Positions 26,046-36,423 of a stretch of 64,000 nucleotides of DNA are shown piece after piece. Made by a program: the position numbers and the translations under genes. The stretch is from Octopus sinensis (taxonomy: Eukaryota). Where the stretch lies: positions 117,676,001-117,740,000 of the forward strand of contig NC_042997.1 in NCBI RefSeq assembly GCF_006345805.1, written 5' to 3'. The notes below the pieces were generated by a model. It did no database searches. It had not been told where the DNA came from and saw nothing but the letters and a program-made list of their open reading frames with translations. Position 1 is the stretch's first letter; each line of letters begins with the position of its first letter.

Positions 26046-28391
26046 AGCTAGTTTTAAATACTTAAATAACCCTGTTACAGTTGATAAACAGTTGGGTGCT
26101 ATCATCATCATCATCATCGTTTAACGTCCATTTTCCATGCTGGCATGGGTTGGATGGTTTGACTGAGGACTGGCAAACCAGATGGCTGCACCAGGCTCCA
26201 ATCTGATCTGGCAGAGTTTCTACAGCTGGATGCCCTTCCTAACGCCAACCTCTCTGAGAGTGTAGTGGGTGCTTGTACATGCCACCGGCACAAGGGCCAG
26301 CCAGGTGATACTGGCAACGACCTCACTCAAATGTTGTTTTCTGCGTGCCACCAACACAAGTGCCAGTAAGGCAACACTGGTAATGATCACGCTTGAATGG
26401 TGCTTTTTATGTGCCACCTGCACGGGAGCCAGTCAGCAGCCCTGGCAATGATCATGCTCAGATGGTGCTTTTAACATTCCACTGGCACGAATACCAGTCA
26501 GGCAATGCTGTCATCGGCCATGTCAGTGAATAGGCTTCTTTCAGTTTCCATTTACCAAATCCACACACAAGGCTTTGATCAGTCTGAGTTTATAGTAGAA
26601 GACACTTGCTCAATTTGTCACACAGTGAGTCTGAACTCCAAAACATGTTGTTGTGAAGCAAGCTTCTTACCACACAGCAATTTCATTATTAAGATTGTTT
26701 AGAACATAAATTAATCTGAAATTTTGCTGGAAGACGGTTGTTATTTAGGTCACTTTAATCTAGGCAATTTACATCTTAGAGCCAGGACTGAACTCAGGCA
26801 AGTTGGTATCAAAAGGGGTTAATACAATTCAATCATAGTCTTCTTCATCATCAACATTTTATGTCTGCTTTCCATGTTGGATGGGTTGTCACAGTTGGAA
26901 TCAGCATGTATTTCAGGGTCTCAGCTTGATGGCTCAGGGTACCTTGTCTCACATTTGTCTCATTTTTGGCTCAGTTTCTACTGCTGGATGGCCTCTTTAG
27001 CCCCAACCACTCTACAGGGTGTGGTCTTACCATTGTGATTTTTAAATTAGTCACAAAGCAACACATTTTGTGGGAGATGTGTGTGTGTGTAAGCGTATGT
27101 TTATGTCTACCCTTGTACACACGGATACACACCAGAAGCCTTGTAAGTAGATTTGTGAGAGATAGATGGAAACTGGGAGAAGCTCTAAGTTACAGGGACA
27201 TAAATACACCAGCATCAGTTGTCACGCGATGTTGCGGGAGGGGGAGAAACATATACACACAAACACACACACACACACATATATGACAGGCTTCTTTCAG
27301 TTTCCATCTACCAAATCCACTCAGAAGGCTTTGGTTAGACTGAGGCTATAGTAGAAGACACTTGCCCAAGATGCCACACAGTGGGACTGAACCTGGAACC
27401 ATGTGGTTGGTAAGCAAGCTACTTACCACACAGCCACTCCTGCACCTGCATACATTTAACCCTTTAGTGTCAGATTATTCTGTTAAATGTGATACTTTTT
27501 CACTCAAATTGTTTTGAATTAATCATGCATTATCTTATAGCTTTTGAGGTTTCAATGATGTGATTGTTTATTTTTAGAATGTCAGTGTAGGTTCGGTGTG
27601 AGAGGCTAGATATGGCCAGTTTGAATATAAAACATGTAGAATATTTGGGCCGGATATGGCCAGTTTAAACACTAACTTAGTTTTCAGTGGGATTCAGCGT
27701 GATACCGAATGTGATGAGGTTGGCCCTTTGAAATACAGGAACAACTCAATATTGCCAGCTGAGTGGACTGGGACCACAGGAAACACAGTCTCCTGCTCAC
27801 ATGAACGTAACTGACTACCACAAAACATTTTGTCTGACTTTCTTCCGATCCTGCCATCCATCCTCTATTTGGTGTGTTCCCTATTTAACTCCACACGAGC
27901 TTATGTAATGTCACTTGTAGTTGAGCTAACCTTCAGTAACATAGAAGAGCAAATCAAAAGATAAATGGTGATGGTGGTGGTGGCAGCGGCGGCAGAGACG
28001 ACTTCTGCACCACCAGCAATGAAAATGATGTTTCCTTTGGTAGTAACAATAGTAGTAACCACTACTCAACATATCTCTTCTTCGTTCCTCCTTTCTCTCC
28101 TTCCGTCTCAACAGATAAAGTAGAAACCTAAATTGATATTAATTTATATTTTCTCACAGCTCTATATGTCATGACCTATTGCTCTATTTATGTTCAGTGC
28201 TTGGGGAAAGACTCTAGTATTTCAATGTGTCCATTAATACACAAAATTTAACTGTTCCCATATCCTCCCCCGCCACACCCTCTGCCTTTGATTAATTGTC
28301 AAAGTCAGTATTTGATGTTTTCTTGTTTTTACACAGCAAAGTTTATCTCACATATCTTGACTAAATGTCATCCTTTCGTCTTCTCTTTCAG

Positions 28392-28521
28392 TTTTTTCCT
28401 CATCAATGTTGGCTTTATATACATGTACTACAGCACTTTCCAGCGTGTTGAAGATGAAGAATATGGTGGATCAGCAGAGATTTTAAAAGAAGGATTGATG
28501 ACTTCGTTTTCCTCATTTCTA
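28392..28521 (+). CDS. RAB5IF: RAB5IF ortholog, coding exon 3
   Basis: ctttcag|T+FFLINVGFIYMYYSTFQRVEDEEYGGSAEILKEGLMTSFSSFL|gttagt, 130 nt; matches the DEEEYGG...KEGFMTSF motif. Confidence 0.95.
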
Positions 28522-30403
28522 GTTAGTACCCTTTTTTTTTAAATAAAATTTATCCATTGTTTATATGAACATAACTATATATATATACTTATATACTGTG
28601 ATCTACGATTTATGGTGATGGGTCCACATAAAAAGCACTGGTGCTAGTGCCACCTAAAAAGCACTAGTGCTTGTGCCACATAAAAATGGGTGCTTTTACA
28701 TGCCACTTGCATGACACTAGTATCTTCCACAAATAGAATTTCACTTGGGTCGATGGGCCTGTCTTCTGCTCAAGCACAGTGTTTTGCCACTGGTCTTGGT
28801 CATTTGTCATCACCTCCGTGAGGCCCAGCACTCGAAAGGTGCTTGTTACATGTCACCAGTACAATCGTAATCATCATCATCATCATTTAACGTCCGCTTT
28901 CCATGCTAGCATGGGTTGAACGGTTTGACTGAGGTCTAGCGAATCTGATGGCTGCACCAGGTTCCAATCTGATCTGGCAGAGTTTCTGCAGCTCGATGCC
29001 TTTCCTAATGCCAACTGGTCCAAGAGTGTAGAGGGTGCTTTTACTTGACACCGGCACAAGGACCAGTCAGGTGGTACTGGCAGCGGCCACGCTCAAATGG
29101 TGCTTTTTATGTGCCACCTGCACAGGAACCAGTCAGGCGGCACTAGCAATACAATGTGAATAAATATCCATTAAATTTGACAGAGTAATCTGAGTGTTAA
29201 AGGGTTGATGCAGTAAGCTGGCAGAATTGTTAGAGCATCAGGAAAACTGCCTGGCAATATTTGTTCTGACCCATTACATTTTGAGTTCAAATCCCACCGA
29301 AGTCACTTCTGCTTGTCATCCTTTTGGGGTTAATAAAATGATATTCAGTATGTTAGGCAGTTCCTATGATATTTGGTATGGTAGGCAGTTCCTATCTTGA
29401 ATAAAATAGATCGTTAGCAACATTTTCCTTTCATGGTAAAATACGCACCTAATTCAATAAAATCATGAAGTTTAATCTGATTACTATGCATAAAATACAA
29501 AATATTAAATTTTTTTATAGATTAGGTAAGCATCCTTCGCCCCTGATTTTCAATCTCAGTATTAAAGCTACACATTGTACTGCTGTAGTACACATGCTGC
29601 ATACACTCCTACAACAATGCTTTCTTTACCTGCTATAACGACAGAAGTAAATCTGTCTTCAACTCAGTTGCACGCCTCTGTTTCGCTTATTTTTTGTGTA
29701 TTTCACTACATAAAGGTCGCCAACTGCCTACCCTGAGTAATTACTGACGGCATATGCCTGGAGCAATGGTATCAACTTACCCTTCTCCTTAAAATTACAG
29801 GCCTTGCGTCAAAATTTAAAATTGTTATTATCATTATAGGCACAGCCACGGCTGTGTGGTTAAGAACTTTGCTTCCCAACCACATGATTTCAAGTTCAGT
29901 CCCACTCTGTGGCACCTTGAGCAAGTGTCTTCTACTATAGCCTTGGGCTGACCAAAGCCATGTGAGGAGACTTAGTAGACAGAAACTAAAAGAAGCCCAT
30001 CGTCTATACATGTGTGCGTATGCGTGTGTGTGTCTTTGTGTCTGTGTTTGTCACCCCACCACCACTTGACAGCTGGTGTTGGTGTGTTTACGTTCCTGTA
30101 ACTTAGCAGTTCGGCAAAAGAGACTGATATAATGAGTATCAGGCTTTACAAAAAAAAATGAATACTGGGGTCAATTCATTTGACAAAAAATTCTTCAAGG
30201 CTTTCAATTTTTAGTTGAATAAATCAACCCCAGTACTTTTTGATTTTTTGTTTTTCAAGTTTGGTACTAATTCTATTAGACACTTTTGCCAAACTGCTAT
30301 GTTAGAGGGATGTAAACACACCAACACTGGTTGTCAAACAATGGAATGGGACAAAAACAGACACACACACACCATCATCATCATCGTTTAACATCTGCTT
30401 TCC

Positions 30404-30452
<49 letters not shown>

Positions 30453-30515
30453 TCGCCATGATAGATCGGTAGCCACTACATACATTTTTTTTCTCTCCTT
30501 GTTTTTTCTGTGTCC

Positions 30516-30551
30516 CTTTCTGTAGAAGAGCGTAGGCTCGAAATGTAAAAG
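30516..30551 (+). ncRNA. Degenerate hammerhead-like motif (probable Penelope-like remnant) in RAB5IF intron 3
   Basis: CTTT-CTGTAGA-a-GAGC-gtag-GCTC-GAAA-TGT-A-AAAG. Stems I and II pair, but the core deviates (CUGUAGA). Confidence 0.35.
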
Positions 30552-31422
30552 ACTTTTTTCAATTCCTGAGTTTTATACTAATACATCTGTTTGTTTTCTA
30601 CACCACCTGTCTTCATCTTTTGTTTTTTTCATGAACTCTCCCTATAGATATATTTATATATATATATTTATTTATATATATATATATATATATAATATAT
30701 ATATATACCTATTTCTTTATTATCCACAAGGAGCTAAACATAGAGGGGACAAACAAGGACAGACATAGGTATTAAGTCGATTACATCGACCCCAGTGCAT
30801 AACAGGTACTTAATTTATCGACCCCAAAAGGATGAAAGGTAAAGTCGACCTCAGCGGAATTTGAACTCACAACATAACGGCAGACGAAATACCGCTCAGC
30901 ATTTCGCCCGACGTGCTAACATTTCTGCCAGCTCTCCGCCTTATATATATACCTGAGTAAGCACATAGATGTGAAATAAGATGGGAAAAAATAGTACTCG
31001 AATACCGGAGTTAGAGTAATGTGCTTTATTATTAAATCTGCAAAAGCATCACAAAAATATCCCAAAACACTGCTACTCAGAGTTTCCTGTTCCCGGTTAA
31101 TGGGACAAGAATTAAGGTTATGTTTTCTTCGATTCTATACAAAATGATATTTAATTTTATATCACCATTTCTTTAAAAAAACAATTAGTTGAAACAACCA
31201 ATGAAACGAAACCAAATTCAAATGTGTGTGTGTCAATGTAAATTGTACAATATATTTACACATATAACATTAATTCTTGTCCCATTCTTAATCACAACTG
31301 TCTGACAAATGGGAACGTGAAAATCTGAGTAGCAGGTTTTTGTGGTATTTTTACAGCTTTAATAATAAAGTATATATATGTGTATCTATCTATCTATATG
31401 TATATACCTATCTATCTATCTA

Positions 31423-31458
<36 letters not shown>

Positions 31459-31980
31459 CACAGGAGTGGCTGTGTGGTAAGTAGTTTGCTTACCAACCAC
31501 ATGGTTCCGGGTTCAGTCCCACTGCATGGCACCTTGGGCAAGTGTCTTCTACTATAGCCTCAAGCCGACCAAAGCCTTGTGAGTTGATTTTTTAGACAGA
31601 AACTGAAAGAAGCCCGTCATATATATGTGCATAAATATATATATATATATATATGTACATGTGTGTATATGTTTGTGTGTCTGTCTTTGCCCCCCCCCCC
31701 CAACATCACTTGACAACTGATGCTGGTGTATTTACATCACCATAACTTAGCGGTTCAACTAAAGAGACCGATAGAATAAGTACTTGGCTTACAAAGAATA
31801 AGTCCTGGGATCGATTTGCTCGACTAAAGGCGGTGCTCCAGCAAATGACTGAAACAAGTAAAAGAGTAAATGAGTAAAGAGTATATATAAACTTATATAT
31901 ATATAAATTTATTAACAGAAGTCGCGATGCATGGCGTTCAGTTATTCCATAAATGATAAATGCATTAAATACTACAAAAC

Positions 31981-32134
31981 GTACATGTAGGGCAGACACA
32001 GATGGACCCTAATTCGTCATCTGTTATCGACCAAAAATACTAATACTCATTAAAGGCACAAAACTGAGTATTAGTATTTTTGGTCGATAACTGATGAAAA
32101 ATTAGGATCCTTCTGTATCTGCCCCTACATGTAC
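31981..32134. repeat. Foldback (hairpin) element, ~70-bp arms with a 15-nt loop
   Basis: Arms 31981-32049 and 32065-32134 are near-perfect reverse complements. Confidence 0.9.
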
Positions 32135-32391
32135 ATTTTTCATTTATTATACACACATAGATATATATATATAAACACAATAGGCTTCTTTCAGTTTCTC
32201 TCTATCAAATCCACTCACAAGGCTCTGGTCAGTCTGAGGCTATAGCAGAAGACACTTGCCCAAAGTGCCCAGCTGTGGGACTGAACTCAGAACCATTTTG
32301 GTTGGGAAGCAAGTTTCTTACCACACAGCCATACCTGTTCAATATTTTTACCAAACATTTTACAATCTTTTTTTTTTTCTTTTAATTTCAG

Positions 32392-32436
32392 GTTGTTTGG
32401 ATTGTTTTGTACTCATCTTTATACTCAGATTTATAG
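32392..32436 (+). CDS. RAB5IF: RAB5IF ortholog, terminal coding exon
   Basis: tttcag|VVWIVLYSSLYSDL*. The assembled protein is 129 aa; AATAAA at 32548-32553. Confidence 0.88.
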   Translation, partial: VVWIVLYSSLYSDL

Positions 32437-33021
32437 CAGGCACATATGTATATATATATGTATACACATTATATATGTATGTGTGTGTCTGTGTGCGTGT
32501 CAACACTGTACGGTTCTTTCCTTGTTTGAAAAACTGCCTTCTAACAGAATAAAACTTTTTTCGATATATGGTTGGCACTAGAATATTCGAAGCTGATTCT
32601 CATCTTACCCAACAAGGTATAATTCCAACATAACTACTTCACCATGGTTGTTAAACTAAACTCATACACACGTCTTATCAACATTTGTTCTGTTTCGTTG
32701 CCATTTAATCCAACACAGCTCTTTTGGTTGTTTTCTCAGACTTTGAGTAACACAACTTCAAAGTAGTTTATTATTGCGTCACAATGTTGGCAGACTTCTG
32801 AAGTGAGAAGGAGTGGGGGTGCCGAGGGGAGAGAGAGAGAGAGAAAAAAATAAACTGGAAAACAGAAGAAATAATAGTTTGCTGCCATAATAATCAAAAG
32901 ATGGTTTCATCATCCTCAATAAAATATTAACAAACTGGAAATTGTATTGATTTTGTTGTTATTGTTGTTGTCATTTAGCCCCAGTACTACAGTACCATTC
33001 CTGTTATAGTGCCAGGAATAA

Positions 33022-33587
33022 TATTGGGTTGTCCAGAAAGTTCATGCCAATTTTTAAAGGAAAGAAAAAAGTCAATAAATACCTGCCATTACATTTTTAA
33101 TCAACCAAATATGAACCATTTTGTTGCACAATGCGTCTCCATCTTTCCTTTAACTTGAAAATACCCTCTTCCCAGAATTGAGGTGGTTTCACGGCAAAGA
33201 ATTCATCAAAGGTATCTTTTTATGTCATCCAAGGAATTGAAATTTTTACCATTAAGACTATTCTGCAGAGACCTGAATAAGTGGAAATCTGAAGGAATGA
33301 CATCTGGTGAATATGGAGGGTGGGGTAACACATCACAGCCCGAGCTGCAGCAATTTTTGTCTGGTTCCCAAAGCATCAAGTGCCGAAAATGAACTTACTT
33401 ATTTTAAAGGGTTACAGAATTAACACAGGTTATAGGAACATAAACCTTCTTCCACGAAAATATAGCTTAAATTGTGCTCTGAATGGCAGTGTAGTCAAAT
33501 CCTATTTTATGGACTCAACCATGTTCTAAAGTTAAGTCGAAAAGTAAGCTACTATAAATCGGCATGAACTTTCCGGACAACCTAATA
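33022..33587 (-). mobile_element. Internally deleted mariner element
   Basis: TIRs TATTGGGTTGTCCAGAAAGTTCATGCC / GGCATGAACTTTCCGGACAACCTAATA. The minus-strand remnant reads DVLPHPPYSPDVIPSDFHLFRSLQ (mariner YSPDLAPSD motif). Confidence 0.85.
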
Positions 33588-34321
33588 CATGCACACATGC
33601 CAAAACATCCTAAAAATTTGATTTTGATAGAGAAATATTCTTTCTGCACACAGAACAGCATAAAAATACCAAAATCAGTTCAAAGCACCGTCTCGTAGAT
33701 TGACGGATGCATTTCAAATTAGTTATGAGCATCAAATGCCAAAGAAAGGCAGCTCCAAACTAAGAGATTAAGTTTATCTTGCAGAAATCAATCAAAATAT
33801 TTTGACTGGTTACACTTTTTAGACTGCCCAGTCATGTGAATTCCAGATTAGAAGTGCCAAGGAGGGACTGAAAGAAATGTAAACTTGTTACCAGTTCAAA
33901 ATATGTTTAAGATATGTTTGACTATCCTTCTTATGGCGTAGTGGTTAAGAGCATGGGCTATTAACCCCAAGATTCCGAGTTCGATTCCAGGCAGTGACCT
34001 CATCATCATCATTGTTTAACGTCCATTTTCCATGCTAGCATGGGTTGGACGATTTTGACTGAGGGCTGGCAAACCAGGCTCCAATCTTGATCTGGCAGTG
34101 TTTCTACAGCTTAATGCCCTTCCTTACGCCAACCGCTCCGAGAGTGTAGTGGGTGCTTTTTACGTGCCACCGGCATGGGGGCCAGTCAGGCGGTACTGGC
34201 AATGACATCGCTCGAATCTTTTTACACATGCCACCGGCACAGGTGCCAGTAAGGTGACCTGAATAATAATAATATCGAAAAATACCTTAGAAATGAGAAC
34301 CCAGGTTCGAAATTTTCCCAA

Positions 34322-34365
34322 GACACCTGATGAAGGCTGGAGGGGTATATCAGCCGAAACGTGTT
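34322..34365 (+). ncRNA. Degenerate hammerhead-like motif (probable Penelope-like pLTR remnant)
   Basis: GACAC-CTGATGA-a-GGCTG-(11 nt)-CAGCC-GAAA-C-GTGTT. Core, 5-bp stem II and stem I are present; helix III and the cleavage triplet appear deleted. Confidence 0.5.
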
Positions 34366-34817
34366 AACAACAAACAAGATGAGGACAAATATCCGTCAAA
34401 TGTAAATAATCCTTCTTATGGGTTCAAACCTATTTAAACTGTTATTAACTTTATATTTCTTTCAATCCCTCTTTAGTACTTTTAATCCAGTTTTATATTA
34501 ATATCTAAAGAGACAAAAAAAAAAGAAAATAAGATCCCAAGTAACAATCCCTTACTGAGATATTGTTTCTTGGGATCCTATTTTCTACAAACGGAATAAT
34601 ATCTCTTTTACTTGTTTCAGTCATTTAACTATGGCCATGCTGGAGCACCGCTTTTAGTCGAGCAAATCGACCCCAGGACTTATTCTTTGTAAGCCTAGTA
34701 CTTATTCCATCGGTTTCTTTTGCCAAACCGCTAAGTTATGGGGACGTAAACACACCAGCATCGGTTGTCAAGTGATGTTGGGGGGACAAACACAGATACA
34801 CAAACATATACACACAC

Positions 34818-34859
<42 letters not shown>

Positions 34860-35793
34860 GCATATATACGACGGGCTTCTTTCAGTTTTTGTCTACCAAA
34901 TCCACTCACAAGGCCTTGGTTGGCCCGAGACTATAGTAGAAGACATTTGCCCAAGATGCCACGCAGTGGGACTGAACCTGGAACAGATATATATATTGCT
35001 TTATTGCCCACAAGGGGCTAAACATAGAGGGGACAAACAAAGGGATTAAGTCGATTACATCAACCCCAGTGCGAAACTAGTACTTGATTTATCTGCCCCG
35101 AAAGGATGAAAGCAAAGTCAACCTTGGTGGAATTTGAACTCAGAACGTGACGACAGATGAAATACTGCTAAGCATTTCACCCGGCGCGCAAACATGTCTG
35201 CCAGCTTGCTGCCTTAGACACACAGACATATATATATATATATACGTTGAAACCGCATGGCTCAGTGGTTAGAGTGTCAGGCTCACAATCATGAGGTAGG
35301 TAATTCAATTCTTGGACTGGGCTGTGTTGTTCTTGAGCAAGACTCTTTATTTCACATTGATCAAGTTCATTCAGCTGTAGAAATGAGTTGCGACATCTCT
35401 GGTGCCAAGTTATATCAGCCTTCGCTTTTTTCTAGAACAACATCAGTGCCATGGAGAGGGAAGGCCGGTATGCATGGATGACTGCTGGTCTACCATAAAC
35501 AAATTTGCCTAGACTTGTATCTCAAAGGGGAACTTTCTAGGTGCAATCCCATGGTCATTCATGACCGAAGGGGGTCTTTTATAATACAACAGGCTATTTT
35601 CACTTTCCATCTACCAAATCCACTCACAAATCTTTGGTCAGCCCAGGGATATAGTAGAAGGCACTTGCCCAAGATGACACTTCCTGGAACCATGTGGTTG
35701 GGAAGCAAACTTCTTAGCACATAGCCATGCCTGCATCTACGAGGGGAAGTCAAAATTTATCCACACTTTAACCTTAACATCTTTATTATTGAA

Positions 35794-36423
35794 CAGTTGT
35801 ATACTGTCAACTTAACGTGACAGTCCCATAAAGGGAATCACACACCGCTGTTTAGCCCTAGGAAGCATCAACTCTTCCTGTTGGCCGTGACGCATTTCCT
35901 GTGTCCTTATGTTTACAAGGTGGAGACAAGCACCCCCATCCAGCTAAGCCTGCATCCAGAGACTAGTTTCTGAGTCTTGCTCGTCATCAGTCTGGAGTAG
36001 CATGGCTTGCTAGCTGAAGATGCCTGTCTAGACCTTGTAAACATATAATAATTCCAGTGAGATAAATCCACTGATCACAAAAAATAGAAATATTATATTT
36101 CTAAATATTTCAGGGAGATATAAGCAGTGGTGGTACGATAGGCATCTGCAGCTAGCAAGCAGTGCTACTCCAGACTGACAAGCAAAATTTAGAAACTAGT
36201 CTCTGGGTGCAGGCTTAGCTGGATGGAAGTGCTTGTCTCCCCTTTGTAAACATAAGAACACAGGAAATGTCAAGGCCGACAAGAAGCGTTGATGCTTCCT
36301 AAGGCTAAATAACGGTGGTGTGATTCCCTTTATGGGACTGTCACGTTAAGTTGACAGTATACAACTGCTCTATCGTACCACCACTGCTTATATCTCTCTG
36401 AGATATTTAGAAATATATTTCTA
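35794..36423. mobile_element. Hammerhead-containing retrozyme-like element, locus 1: a ~348-nt monomer on - (36141-35794) joined head-to-head to a permuted partial copy on + (36140-36423)
   Basis: Arms 35794-36025 and 36140-36367 are reverse complements. 36368-36423 is the reverse complement of ~36085-36141. Homologous to 51487-51965. Confidence 0.8.
35955..35996 (-). ncRNA. Minimal type I hammerhead ribozyme
   Basis: TCCAGA-CTGATGA-CGAG-CAAGA-CTCA-GAAA-CTAG-TC-TCTGGA: 6-bp stem I, canonical core, palindromic ACTAGT helix III and GUC cleavage triplet. Confidence 0.8.

Noticed and set aside
11103-32097. Isolated CTGATGA matches at 11103-11109(-), 13291-13297(+) and 32091-32097(+)
   Set aside because: No stem II/GAAA/NUH arrangement around them; these are chance 7-mers.
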